A stretch of DNA of 64,000 nt, from the NCBI GenBank assembly GCA_046484345.1, contig JAWOJA010000063.1:432-64431 (forward strand), given 5' to 3'. This document shows positions 28,616 to 38,346 of the stretch, piece by piece. Under the pieces are notes generated by a model. That model was not told where the DNA came from and ran no database searches. It saw only the letters and a program-made list of their open reading frames with translations. How positions within the stretch are numbered: position 1 is the stretch's first letter; the number at the start of each line of letters is the position of its first letter. Source of the DNA: Kiritimatiellia bacterium. Lineage in GTDB: Bacteria > Verrucomicrobiota > Kiritimatiellia > CAIKKV01. The translations under genes were made by a program, and so were the position numbers.

Positions 28616-29785
28616 TCAGGCGCCGACCGGGAAACGGTCCGGAAAATGCGGACGCAGCAGGCGTTCGATCTCCGGTTCCAACTTCCAGAACGCCTTCAGA
28701 GCCCGGTATTCCTCCGCCGCCGGGCCGGGGGGCTGGTCCGTGCGGACGGCCCGGATCAACAGGTTTCGGGCGGTGTCGGCGGGGGAGGCAAATTCGATCA
28801 CCTGGACCGTGTATCCGCACAAGCGCAGGGCGGCGGCGCGGAAGGCATCGGTGACGAGGTCCGCGAGCCGTTCCCGCAGGATGCCGTGGCGCAGGAGGGC
28901 CTGAAGGGAATCGGACTTCAGCTGCCGGTGCAGCTCATGCTGACAGCAGGGCGCGGCGATGATGACTCCGGCTTTCCATTCGACGGCCCGGGCGAGGGCG
29001 AGGTCGGTGGCGGTGTCGCACGCATGGAGGCTCAGCACCAGGCCGGGCGGCTCGGCGGGATGAAAATCCGCCAGGTCGCTTTTTTCGAACTGGAGTCCCT
29101 GCCAGCCCAGCCGGTCGCGCCAGGCCAGGTTCTTTTCGATTAGCTCGCCATTGCGGTCGACCCCCGTCAACGCGGCCGGGCGCCCCTGGACGTGCGACAG
29201 GTAATGATAGACGGCAAAGCTCAGGTGGGCGCTGCCGCAGCCGCAATCGCAAATCCGGAACGGGGCGGCGGACGGTTCCGGAAGAACCGGCTCAAGAAGG
29301 GCGAGGAAGCCGTTGATCTGCCGGTACTTCGCCTGCATGGAGGGGCGGATCCGGCCGTGCTCGTCGAGCGCGTCGAGGCTCCGGAGAAACTCCCCGGCGT
29401 TGGCGGGGCTCAGCGCGTATTCTTTTTTGCGGTCATGTTCCGAGGGCGGGACAGCGGCGGCCGCCGGCTTGCCGTGCGACAACAGCACATGGCCTTTGCG
29501 GGTGATGCGCACATGCCAGTCGCCGTCATCGCGCCGCACATGGAAGAATGTGTGGCCCTGGTCCAGAAGATCGCGGACCTGCAGCGGCCATTCCTCGAGC
29601 GAGAAAGTCCGGGCCGTTTCCCGGTTGTTCCGCGCGGTCGTCAGGCTGACGGCCGGCTTTCCCCGCAAGAGGATGACGCGCGCCGTGACCTTGGCGCCGT
29701 CCCGGCCGCCGGAGAGGGTGAGTCCGCGAAAATGAGCCGCATCCGAGGCGGCCCGGGCCAATACGTCCTGGTAGTTTTCGTTCAT
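28616..29785 (-). CDS. Class I SAM-dependent methyltransferase, function unknown
   Basis: It has the Rossmann MTase motif I (ICDCGCGSAHLSF) and a conserved CCQHE motif. I chose the start at MNENYQDVL. Confidence 0.6.
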   Translation of the reverse strand: MNENYQDVLARAASDAAHFRGLTLSGGRDGAKVTARVILLRGKPAVSLTTARNNRETARTFSLEEWPLQVRDLLDQGHTFFHVRRDDGDWHVRITRKGHVLLSHGKPAAAAVPPSEHDRKKEYALSPANAGEFLRSLDALDEHGRIRPSMQAKYRQINGFLALLEPVLPEPSAAPFRICDCGCGSAHLSFAVYHYLSHVQGRPAALTGVDRNGELIEKNLAWRDRLGWQGLQFEKSDLADFHPAEPPGLVLSLHACDTATDLALARAVEWKAGVIIAAPCCQHELHRQLKSDSLQALLRHGILRERLADLVTDAFRAAALRLCGYTVQVIEFASPADTARNLLIRAVRTDQPPGPAAEEYRALKAFWKLEPEIERLLRPHFPDRFPVGA

Positions 29786-30831
29786 GAGCAGAAGAACCGG
29801 TAGAGGGTTGTCTGGCGGTAGGCCTCGCCGGGCAGCAGAAGGGCGCCCGCGACGGCGGGCCGTTCGGGCCAGTTGGGGGCGCGCTGGGCTTCGAGGCAGA
29901 GGCCGTGCCGTGTTCCGTAAATCGCGCCGTTCTTGCCCGCTTCGCCGCCGGGCAGGCCGTTGCCCGTATAGAACTGGAAGCCCGGCTCGGTGGTCCACAT
30001 TTCGAGCGTGCGTCCCGATTTCGGATCGCGCACCCGGGCCGCTTTGCGCAGGGCCGCCGGGGCGCGCGGGAGCAGGAAGTTGTGGTCGTACCCCTGGCCG
30101 AAGCGGATCTGCTCATGGTCCCCGCCGATGCCGTCCTTCACGGGGCGGGGGCGGGTGAAATCGAACGGCGTGCCGGTCACCGAAGCCACGGGGCCGGGGG
30201 CGATGATATCGGCGTCGTTCAGGTTGTAGGTGTCGGCCTCGAACTGGACCTCGTGGTCCACAATGGGACCGGAGTCATGCCCGCCCAGGTTGAAGTAGGA
30301 GTGATTGGTCAGGTTGCATAGCGTGGTCTTGTCGGTCGAGGCCTCATAGTCCAGCTTCAGTTCGCCGGCGTGCGTGAGGGTGTAGGTGACGCTCACCGGC
30401 AGATTGCCCGGATAGCCCTCCTCGCCGTCCGGACTGAGGCGGGAGAAGCGGACGGAGGGCCCCTCGGGGGTCTCGGCCGGTTCGGCGCGCCAGAGCCGTT
30501 TGGCGAACCCAACGGCGCCCCCGTGAATGTGGTAGGTTCCACCGTTCAGGGCGAGGGGGAGGGGGGTGCCGTCGATCACGCAGCGGCCCGCGGCGATGGG
30601 GCCCGCAAAGCGTCCCACGGTGGCGCCGACATGGTGTTTGTAATCCGCGGCCCGGTCATAACCCAGCACCACATCGGCCAGGTTGCCGCGGGAATCCGGC
30701 ACGCGGAGCGCGACGAGCACGGCGCCGTAATCGCACAGTTCGGCTTCCCAGCCGTTTCGGTTGACCAGTTTGTGGACAACGGCGCGCGAGCCGTCCGGAA
30801 GCGGGCCAAAATCGCGGGGTGGGAGAATCAT
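29782..30831 (-). CDS. galM: Aldose 1-epimerase (galactose mutarotase)
   Basis: It is a GalM-fold protein with conserved His/Glu residues (…YHIHGG…; …LCLE…). Confidence 0.8.
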   Translation of the reverse strand: MILPPRDFGPLPDGSRAVVHKLVNRNGWEAELCDYGAVLVALRVPDSRGNLADVVLGYDRAADYKHHVGATVGRFAGPIAAGRCVIDGTPLPLALNGGTYHIHGGAVGFAKRLWRAEPAETPEGPSVRFSRLSPDGEEGYPGNLPVSVTYTLTHAGELKLDYEASTDKTTLCNLTNHSYFNLGGHDSGPIVDHEVQFEADTYNLNDADIIAPGPVASVTGTPFDFTRPRPVKDGIGGDHEQIRFGQGYDHNFLLPRAPAALRKAARVRDPKSGRTLEMWTTEPGFQFYTGNGLPGGEAGKNGAIYGTRHGLCLEAQRAPNWPERPAVAGALLLPGEAYRQTTLYRFFCS

Positions 30832-33551
30832 GGTTTTTTTTCCGGCCGCACGATGGCGGTCAGCGTCTTGTCGTCGGACAGTTTCGCCGCCACGGCCTTT
30901 CGGATGGACTCGGGCGTGACGGCCTTCAACCGGGCTTCCGTGGAAAAGATATGGTTGCAGCCGAGGCCGATCAGTTCATCCATGGAGCAGGAGAAGGCGA
31001 GGCCGAGGTTGTCCTGCAGGCCCATCTGGTATTCCGAGATCATCTGGTTGCGCGCGCGGTCCACTTCCTCGGCGTCGATGCCCTTTTCGCGGATGCGGAC
31101 CATTTCCGCCCGCATCAGTTTTTCGACCTCGTCCAGCGCGTCGTCCCGCGTGCCGGCATAAAAGACGAAGGCCCCGATATCGGGTCCCACGCGTTCGAAG
31201 GCCCCGGCGAAGTAGGCCAGACCGCGCTTTTCGCGGATTTCATCCAAAAGCCGGGACGACAGGCCGCTCAGCGCGTCCTGCAGCACGGAAAAGGCGTCGC
31301 GGTCGGGATCCAGCGCCGAGACGCCGGGCACGCCGATGAGGATAATGGTCTGCTCGCGCGGCAGGCGCACCTCGATCCGGTCGGGCAGGGCGGGCGTGGC
31401 CAGCGCCGCGGGGCGGGCGGGGGGCGGGTCGGCCCGCAGGCGCTTGAGCTCCTTCTCGGCAATGGCCTTCGCCTCTTCCGCCGTCAGGTCGCCGAACAGG
31501 GCCAGGACCATGTTGCCCGCCACGCTCGACTTCTTGAAAGCCGTGCGGCAGTCCTCCGGCTTCAGGCGCTCCACGCTTTGAAGGGAGCCCATGGGGTCGA
31601 GCCGGTAGGGATGGCCGGCAAAGAGCTTTTCAAGCAGGGTCCGGGAGGCGTGGTACATCGGGCGCTCCAGCTGCTGCTGAATGGCCGCCGTCTGCAACAT
31701 CTTCTGCTTGACGACCTCCTCCTCCGGAAAACGCGAATCGGTGAGGCAATCGGCCGCCACTTCCAACAGGACGGGCAGATCGGCTTTCAGGCTGCGGCCT
31801 TTCAGCCCGAAACTGTTGTACCCCGAAAAAGGGGACAACTCGGCGCCGAGGGCCTCGAGCTCATCGGCGATCTTCTCGCTGGAGCGCGCGCCCGTTCCGC
31901 GGGTCAGCAGTTCCGACATCAGCCGGTAGACCCCGTTCTGCTCTTCGGACTCATCGAGCACGCCGCCGCGCAGAGCGGCGCACAGGTAGACGAACGGCAG
32001 GCGGTGGTCCTCCCGGACGAGCAGGGTGGCGCCGTTGGAGAGGACGATCTTCCGGACCGCGCCGCCCGAAAGGGCCGCCTCGGCAGGGGCGGTTGCGGCG
32101 GGACGGGCGGGGCACAAAATAGCCGTGGTGCGGTGGATGTCGGTCAGGTAGCGGGCGGCCACCTGGCGAAGCGTTTCCGGGGTCAGCGCTTCGAGCCGGG
32201 CCAGATACGCTTCCGAGAAAGCGTAATCCGATGTGTAATATTCGTTGGCCGCCAGGGAGGTGGCCTGCCCGTTGGCGGTCTGCAGCGGGGAAATGGCCTG
32301 CTGGATCATTCCGCGGCGGGCCTTCTCCAGTTCGGCGGCGGTAAAGGGCGTCTGGATCCAGGAGCGCACTTCCGCCTCGATGGCCGCCAGGACCTCGGCC
32401 TCCTGTTCGGGCTGGAAGGTGGCATCAATCCCGAACAGGCCGGCCTCCTTGGGCGAATAGGCGAACGCCGAAATGCCGTCCACCAATTGGCGCCGCTCGA
32501 GGATGTTGCGGACGAGCCGGGAGCTGCGCCCGTTGCCGACAATGGCCGCCATCATGTCCAGCGCCGCCGTATCGGGGTGGGAGAGCGGCACGGTGTGCCA
32601 GGTCATCATCAGCCGGGTGACGCCGTAGGCCCCCTCTTTGCGCACGAGGCGCGGACTGACCTGGGCCGGCTCGGCGGGCAGCACGATGGGCGCGTTGGGC
32701 TTCCGGTGGAATGCCGCAAATTGGTTGCGGATGAGGGCTTCGGCCTCATCGGCGTTGAAATCGCCGGCCATCACCACGATCATTTTGTCGGGCACATAGT
32801 TGCGCTTGAAAAAGGCCAGCAGGTCATCGCGCGTCACCTGCTTCAGCAGTTCGGGAAGGCCGATGACGGGAAAACGGTAGGGATGGACCGAGTAGGCGGC
32901 GCGCCAGAGCAGTTCACCGATGACGCGGTCGGGATCGTCCTTCCCCATGGAGACTTCGCGCAGGACCACGTCGCGTTCGCGTTCCCATTCGGCCTCCGGG
33001 AAGTCCGCGTGCATGACGGCATCCGACAGAACGTCGAAACCGGTTTTCCAGGTGGCGGCGGGCATGTCGGCGAAGAACACGGTGCGGTCGAAGCTGGTAT
33101 AGGCGTTGACGTGGCCGCCCGCGTCGTTGATTTCGCGGGTGATCTTGCCGACCGGCCGGGTCGGCGTGCCCTTGAAGATCATATGCTCCATGTAGTGGGA
33201 AAGCCCGGCGCCGAGGAATTCCTGTTCATGGATGGACCCGGCGCCGACCCATATTTGGACGGAGACCACGGGCGCGGAGGCGTCCGGCCGGAGCAGGACT
33301 TTCATCCCGTTATCGAGGGAGAGCCGGCGGACTCCGGCGTGGAAGCGGTGCAGGGCTTGGCGTGTTTCTTTCATGGGCGTGGGGGCCTTTCCGAAAACCG
33401 CAACAGCCAGCAGGGAAGCCAGCGCCACGGCAAAGGGTTTAATTCGTGCCGCTGGCGGGATCCGACGTGCGGCGTTTTGTCCGGCGGCCGCTCGTCCGGG
33501 AACGCTCGGTCTTGGGCAGGTACGGTTTTTCGAATGCATCGGCAAATTCAT
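30828..33551 (-). CDS. M16 (pitrilysin/insulinase) family zinc peptidase, tandem double-unit form, about 900 aa with a signal peptide
   Basis: It has the inverted zinc motif HYMEH…E and two M16 active/inactive repeats. Start choice is uncertain because of the overlap with the upstream ORF. Confidence 0.75.
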   Translation of the reverse strand: MNLPMHSKNRTCPRPSVPGRAAAGQNAARRIPPAARIKPFAVALASLLAVAVFGKAPTPMKETRQALHRFHAGVRRLSLDNGMKVLLRPDASAPVVSVQIWVGAGSIHEQEFLGAGLSHYMEHMIFKGTPTRPVGKITREINDAGGHVNAYTSFDRTVFFADMPAATWKTGFDVLSDAVMHADFPEAEWERERDVVLREVSMGKDDPDRVIGELLWRAAYSVHPYRFPVIGLPELLKQVTRDDLLAFFKRNYVPDKMIVVMAGDFNADEAEALIRNQFAAFHRKPNAPIVLPAEPAQVSPRLVRKEGAYGVTRLMMTWHTVPLSHPDTAALDMMAAIVGNGRSSRLVRNILERRQLVDGISAFAYSPKEAGLFGIDATFQPEQEAEVLAAIEAEVRSWIQTPFTAAELEKARRGMIQQAISPLQTANGQATSLAANEYYTSDYAFSEAYLARLEALTPETLRQVAARYLTDIHRTTAILCPARPAATAPAEAALSGGAVRKIVLSNGATLLVREDHRLPFVYLCAALRGGVLDESEEQNGVYRLMSELLTRGTGARSSEKIADELEALGAELSPFSGYNSFGLKGRSLKADLPVLLEVAADCLTDSRFPEEEVVKQKMLQTAAIQQQLERPMYHASRTLLEKLFAGHPYRLDPMGSLQSVERLKPEDCRTAFKKSSVAGNMVLALFGDLTAEEAKAIAEKELKRLRADPPPARPAALATPALPDRIEVRLPREQTIILIGVPGVSALDPDRDAFSVLQDALSGLSSRLLDEIREKRGLAYFAGAFERVGPDIGAFVFYAGTRDDALDEVEKLMRAEMVRIREKGIDAEEVDRARNQMISEYQMGLQDNLGLAFSCSMDELIGLGCNHIFSTEARLKAVTPESIRKAVAAKLSDDKTLTAIVRPEKKP

Positions 33552-33888
33552 AGCAACCTCGGAAATCTTCTTTTTTATCTTCTTCCGTTTTCCCCAGAAT
33601 TCCCCGTTCGACCATGTTGAACACAATCTCCCCGAAATCCTCGGTTCGGCGCACGCCCCAGGAGTTGAGCACGCGCAGGGCGAGCGGGCCGTATTCCTGA
33701 AGCGCATGCTGGCGGATGGCCTCCAGCAGTTCCTGGCCCGAGACGTGGCGCGCGGGCCCTTCGGACGGCTTGTTGAACAGGCGGGCGGCCAAGTCCAGCG
33801 TTTCCCGCAAAAAGAGATAGGCGTCGAGCTCGAAGCGGGGATCGTCCCGGACGAGCTGTCTCAGCGCCCCGATCAGGTCGTGTCGCAT
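33439..33888 (-). CDS. Conserved hypothetical protein, 149 aa. It resembles the PVC-restricted 'Minf_1886 family' as I recall it, and has a basic C-terminal tail.
   Basis: The ORF is clean and has a globular-looking sequence (…GQELLEAIRQHALQEYGPLALRVLNSWGV…). It is translationally linked to the HIT gene. The family assignment is from memory only. Confidence 0.5.
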   Translation of the reverse strand: MRHDLIGALRQLVRDDPRFELDAYLFLRETLDLAARLFNKPSEGPARHVSGQELLEAIRQHALQEYGPLALRVLNSWGVRRTEDFGEIVFNMVERGILGKTEEDKKEDFRGCYEFADAFEKPYLPKTERSRTSGRRTKRRTSDPASGTN

Positions 33889-33889
33889 G

Positions 33890-34318
33890 TCAGGCTTTCT
33901 CCAGATGGGCGATGATCTTGGCCGCGAACTGGTTCATTTCCGCGGCGTTGTCGTATTGCTTGGCGTCCCAGTTCCAGTGGTGGCCATCCCGCAGGAAGCG
34001 CGGGATGACATGGAAATGGATGTGGGGCACGACTTGGCCGGCGCTTTTGCCGTTGGCCTGCGTGATGTTGATGCCGTCGGCGTCCAGCCCCGCCACCTGG
34101 GCCCGGGCGATCCGGCGGCACCCGGCGCTCAACGAGGCGAGCACCGCGTCGGGGGTCTCCATCAGGTTGTCGTAATGGGTTTTGGGAATGACCAGCACAT
34201 GGCCCTTGATGATGGGGCCGATGTCCAGGAAGGCGAGGATGCGGTCGTCTTCGTAAATTTTCGCGGCGGGGATCGATCCGGCGATGATCCGGCAGAAAAT
34301 GCAATCGGGACGATTCAC
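33890..34318 (-). CDS. HIT-family (histidine triad) nucleotide hydrolase
   Basis: The HIHFHVIPR histidine triad motif is present. Confidence 0.85.
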   Translation of the reverse strand: MNRPDCIFCRIIAGSIPAAKIYEDDRILAFLDIGPIIKGHVLVIPKTHYDNLMETPDAVLASLSAGCRRIARAQVAGLDADGINITQANGKSAGQVVPHIHFHVIPRFLRDGHHWNWDAKQYDNAAEMNQFAAKIIAHLEKA

Positions 34319-34521
34319 GTGTTCCGGCTCCTTTCCGCGGCAACCGGGCCAGTTTCACGTTCAATCACGCGGGACGTTTCGCGCCGCAGGTGATAGAACC
34401 GGACGGACAGCCCCAGCAGCAGCAGGCCCATGATCAAGACCAGCAGCCGGGCTTCCTGTACCGTGAGCTGACCGGCGAGTTCCGCGATCCGTTTTTTCAA
34501 AGTTGTCCGGGTTGTCGACAT
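34315..34521 (-). CDS. Small single-TM hypothetical protein (68 aa), first gene of a long translationally coupled operon
   Basis: Its TM segment is LLVLIMGLLLLGL. Its stop overlaps the HIT start (ATGA). Confidence 0.35.
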   Translation of the reverse strand: MSTTRTTLKKRIAELAGQLTVQEARLLVLIMGLLLLGLSVRFYHLRRETSRVIERETGPVAAERSRNT

Positions 34522-34635
34522 TCGCGCATACTATACCTAAGAAGGTTATTATGGAAACCATAAAAGCGGCCGGCCGGCGCTTCACGCTGGTGATTTATGT
34601 TGGGATTCCGGGCTCATTAATGGTACCGTAAGAGG

Positions 34636-35727
34636 ATGAAACCGCTTTTTAGGATGCTCCTGGTTTTGAACGCGTGCGCGGCTTTGGCGGGCGGGGATGG
34701 CCCGGTTTCCGATTCCACGCTCAGCAACTTGCTTCAACGCGCCAAAGCGGGCGATGCGCTGGCCCGCCACCAGTTGGCCGAATGTTATGAGCAAGGACGC
34801 GGTGCGCCGCTCAACCAGAGGGAGGCCCTTCGCTGGTTTCAGGCGGCGGCGTATCAGGGGGTGGACCTTTCGCAACACCGCCTGGCGGGATTGTATGCGC
34901 GGGGGGAAGGCGCCGCGCCCAACCCGAAACGGGCGGTAAAATGGTATCGCCGTGCGGCGGAACAAGGGTACGCGGCTTCGCAGCGGGAATTGGCTTTTTG
35001 TTATCTGGACGGAATTGGAACCCGGCCCGATCCGGCGGAAGCGGCCGCCTGGTTTCTGAAGGCGGCGGGTCAGGGCGATGTTGAGTCGCAATATCAGATG
35101 GCCGGGCTGCTTGAAAAAGGCCTGGGCGTGAGAACCAATTTCACGGAAGCCGTCTACTGGTATTCCGAAGCGGCGAAGCAGGGGCTGGCAGGCGCCCAGC
35201 TCGCTTTGGGATATCTGTATTCGCGTGGCGTTGGCGTGGCGGCCAATCCGGAGGAATCGATCCGCTGGTACACGCGCGCCGCCGACCAGGGAATGGCCCA
35301 GGCGCAATTCATTCTCGGCATGAAAGTCAGCCGCGGCGAAGGGGTCCCCAAGGATGATGTCAAGGCCTCCGCCTGGTACCGCCTGGCGGCCGACAAGGGG
35401 CACGCCGGCGCGCAATACAACCTGGGCGTGCGTTACGAAAAAGGGCTGGGCGTGGCGTCCAACACGACCGAGGCGATAAGCTGGTACCGCAAGGCGGCCG
35501 ACCGCATGGACCCCGACGCCCTTTACGCGCTGGGCGTCTTTTATTACACGGGGCGGAGTGTCGAACGCGATCCCATTCAGGGGACAATATGCTTCATGCT
35601 GGCGCAGACGGCCGGCAACCCGGCGGCCGCCCAGGCGGTTTCGGTCGCCAAGACGGAGCTGCCGGACGCGGCCTTCAATTTGGCCGTGAAGGAAGCCCGC
35701 GGAAAATTGGAACGGCTGCGCCGTTAG
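34636..35727 (+). CDS. Sel1-repeat (TPR-like) secreted protein
   Basis: A signal peptide is followed by at least 8 Sel1-like repeats (…AQ..LG..Y..G.GV…). Confidence 0.8.
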   Translation: MKPLFRMLLVLNACAALAGGDGPVSDSTLSNLLQRAKAGDALARHQLAECYEQGRGAPLNQREALRWFQAAAYQGVDLSQHRLAGLYARGEGAAPNPKRAVKWYRRAAEQGYAASQRELAFCYLDGIGTRPDPAEAAAWFLKAAGQGDVESQYQMAGLLEKGLGVRTNFTEAVYWYSEAAKQGLAGAQLALGYLYSRGVGVAANPEESIRWYTRAADQGMAQAQFILGMKVSRGEGVPKDDVKASAWYRLAADKGHAGAQYNLGVRYEKGLGVASNTTEAISWYRKAADRMDPDALYALGVFYYTGRSVERDPIQGTICFMLAQTAGNPAAAQAVSVAKTELPDAAFNLAVKEARGKLERLRR

Positions 35728-35742
35728 GCGCCGCCGGCTTTT

Positions 35743-36192
35743 TCACACGCCCTTTTTTGCCGCTTTTCCGTTCAGCGCGGCCTTTGCCTGCGCGCGGTTC
35801 ATCAGGCGCACGAGCGCCATCTGTTCGAAGGTCGAGCGGCGAAGCCGGATTTTGCCCTTCTTGCGCTCCCACATGACAACCGACTGAGGCGAGACGTGGG
35901 CGAGGCGGGCCAGTTCAACCTGCGTGAGTTTAAGTTTGCGGCGAAGGGACTTGATGCTCTTGCCGGTAAAGGCGCGCGCGGATTTGGCTTCCGCACCCTC
36001 GGCGTTTTCGGAGACCGCAACGGCCGGCATTCGCTGGGCGGCGGATCGAACGGCCTTCAATTCAAGGGCCATGCCGGCCAGTTGGCGCTTGAGGGATCGC
36101 AGTTCGGCCTTCATGGGCTTGGCAAACGCAAGCGCATTTTTCCGGCTGATCCGGACAATTTCATCTTTCAAAACTTTTCCCAGGTTGGCCAT
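35743..36192 (-). CDS. Helix-turn-helix (XRE-like) DNA-binding protein with a coiled-coil N-terminus
   Basis: The C-terminal HTH is LRRKLKLTQVELARLAHVSPQSVVMWERKKG. Confidence 0.55.
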   Translation of the reverse strand: MANLGKVLKDEIVRISRKNALAFAKPMKAELRSLKRQLAGMALELKAVRSAAQRMPAVAVSENAEGAEAKSARAFTGKSIKSLRRKLKLTQVELARLAHVSPQSVVMWERKKGKIRLRRSTFEQMALVRLMNRAQAKAALNGKAAKKGV

Positions 36193-36322
36193 AAACGAGA
36201 TTCCTTGTGTCTGTATTCAACGGGTCAATTTCTTTTCAACATTCGATTGTAAGAGGATTTAGTCAAGAACAATCGGTAAAGTTACGTCTTGTAAACAGGC
36301 AGTATGCGCCGACGGGCGCTGA

Positions 36323-37366
36323 TCAGATTCCAAAGGCGAATCCGACGGGGGCGGGGATGCCGGCCAGGGTGCCGCGTTTCTCCAGCAGGCCGTTGAGCGG
36401 GTCGACCGCAAACCAATCGATCCGGTCGCCGTGCTGGGAGCCCGCGTAGAGAAATCGGCCGTCCGGCGAGAGGATCATGCCCCGGGGGTAGGGGCCCGTT
36501 GCCGCGCGGCCCAAAACCGCGGCGCTTCCGTCTGGCTGGACGGCCAGCACGGTCACATCATCCGCCCCCCGGTTGGTGGCGTAGAGCCAGCGGCCGTTGG
36601 GATGAAGCCGGATTTCAGCCGCCAAGCTTTCGCCCTTGAAATCGGCCGGCAACAGGGATTCGTGATGGACCAAACGATAGGTTTGCACTTCATTCCGAAA
36701 GGTCATGAGGGTCGAATCCAGTTCGCCAACCGCCCAGAGAAACCGGCCGTCCGGCGAATGGACCATATGGCGGGGCCCGGAGCCGGGGGGGCAGCCCAAC
36801 GCATCAATCGGTGTGACCTTTTTCCGGGAAACCGCAAAGCGGTAGATGCGGTCCACGCCCAGATCCGCCGAAAAGAGGGTGGTCCCATCCGGTGATTCGC
36901 AAGCGGAATGGACATGGGGTCCTTCCTGGCGTCCCGTCACAGGGCCTTTGCCTTCGGTGCGGAAGACCGCCTCCATGCCGGTCGGCAGACCGGCCGTGTC
37001 GAGACCGATCACATACAGCTCGCCTGTTTTGTATTGGGAAACGGCCAGCCGCCGGCCGCCGTCAAACACTTGGACATGACACGGCGAGCCCCTGCCGCAG
37101 GCGATGCTTTTGACAAACCGAAGGCCGCCGGCCGGTCCCCGTTTAAAGGCAACCATGGCTCCCGGGCGCGGGAGATTGTCCCCAATTTCGCTTACCGCAT
37201 ACAGCCAGTCACCCTGGACGGCGGCAAAGGTCGGATTGAAAACAGGCTCTTCGAGACAGGGTTCGTCGAGAGGAGCCAGTGCCCCGGTTTCGGAATCCGC
37301 CGTGCAGGCGTAGAGTCCCTTGGAGCCCCGGACGGTGTAGGTGCCGATATAGAGAATCCGCTTCAC
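36323..37366 (-). CDS. Lactonase, 7-bladed beta-propeller (6-phosphogluconolactonase/YbhE-like), GTG start
   Basis: It has repeated propeller blades (…SPDGRFLY…), and its length and composition are typical of Pgl/YbhE lactonases. Confidence 0.7.
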   Translation of the reverse strand: MKRILYIGTYTVRGSKGLYACTADSETGALAPLDEPCLEEPVFNPTFAAVQGDWLYAVSEIGDNLPRPGAMVAFKRGPAGGLRFVKSIACGRGSPCHVQVFDGGRRLAVSQYKTGELYVIGLDTAGLPTGMEAVFRTEGKGPVTGRQEGPHVHSACESPDGTTLFSADLGVDRIYRFAVSRKKVTPIDALGCPPGSGPRHMVHSPDGRFLWAVGELDSTLMTFRNEVQTYRLVHHESLLPADFKGESLAAEIRLHPNGRWLYATNRGADDVTVLAVQPDGSAAVLGRAATGPYPRGMILSPDGRFLYAGSQHGDRIDWFAVDPLNGLLEKRGTLAGIPAPVGFAFGI

Positions 37367-38214
37367 AGGCCGGCTTCTTTCAGGACGCGCTCCACAAACA
37401 GCGCGTCCAGCCGCGCATTGGCGAGTACGGGCTGGAGGTCGAACGACGGGTTGTCCTGGACGCACTCCTTGACGAACTCCAGGGTCATGGTGGCCGTGGG
37501 ATTCCGGCGCAGGATGTGGGGGATCAGCGTGCGGTAATCCAGGCGGGCCTCTTCGAGAAGGGCGTAGCGGCCGCCCTCCTCCTTGGGGCGCGGCGCCAGA
37601 AGGTGCATGTGGCTGATGCGGCCCGCGAACCGATCGGCCAAGGCGAGCGCGTTGGCCGTGTCCGCGAAATCATAGGGTTGGTAGCAGATCGAAAAATCCA
37701 GTTCCGGAAACTGGTTCATGAACGCGATTCCGCACTCCACCGGATCGAACAGGGTGTTGCTGTGCAGTTCGGCGGCCAGGGAAATGTCGCGCGCCCGCGC
37801 CGCGCGATACCAGTTCCCGAATCGTTCGGCGGTCAGAGCCACTTGGTCGGCTGTGGCGGCCGACCCTTTCAAACCGGAGCCCAGCATGATTTTCAAGGCG
37901 GACGTGCCGAGGATTTCGGCCTTGTCCAGAATGTCCGCCCGGAGCCTTTCCTCCTCGCGGCCCTCGGGCCCTTCGAGAACGAACGAGGGGTAGACGCCGA
38001 TGTAGGGGAAGGTGACGCCCAGGTCATCGGCCCTGGTCCGCGCCTCCCGCATGTCCCGCACATAGCCTCCCGAGACATGCCATTGCCAGACTTCGAGCTT
38101 GTCGAAACCGGCCTCCTTGACGAGAGGCAGGAGTTCGAGCAGCGAAAAGCGCGGATTTCGTTTGCCGGTCCAGCGGTTGGGTTCGAGGGCTATTGTTCCC
38201 AAAATTACACGCAT
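37363..38214 (-). CDS. Sugar phosphate isomerase/epimerase (xylose-isomerase-like TIM barrel)
   Basis: It has the AP-endonuclease-2 / XI-like TIM-barrel pattern. Its stop overlaps the lactonase start. Confidence 0.65.
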   Translation of the reverse strand: MRVILGTIALEPNRWTGKRNPRFSLLELLPLVKEAGFDKLEVWQWHVSGGYVRDMREARTRADDLGVTFPYIGVYPSFVLEGPEGREEERLRADILDKAEILGTSALKIMLGSGLKGSAATADQVALTAERFGNWYRAARARDISLAAELHSNTLFDPVECGIAFMNQFPELDFSICYQPYDFADTANALALADRFAGRISHMHLLAPRPKEEGGRYALLEEARLDYRTLIPHILRRNPTATMTLEFVKECVQDNPSFDLQPVLANARLDALFVERVLKEAGL

Positions 38215-38346
38215 ACGGGTTCTCCTTGTCAGAATTTCATACTATTTCATATTTCGATCAAAATGGCGAGTTTTTGGATTGTCTTAAACGTCTTCTTGAA
38301 TCCGGGTCCCCCGTAGGATAGTATTCCCTTCTATTTACGAGGTCTT

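Noticed and set aside
30819-33620. 933-aa ORF antisense to the M16 peptidase gene
   Set aside because: It is an antisense high-GC artefact.
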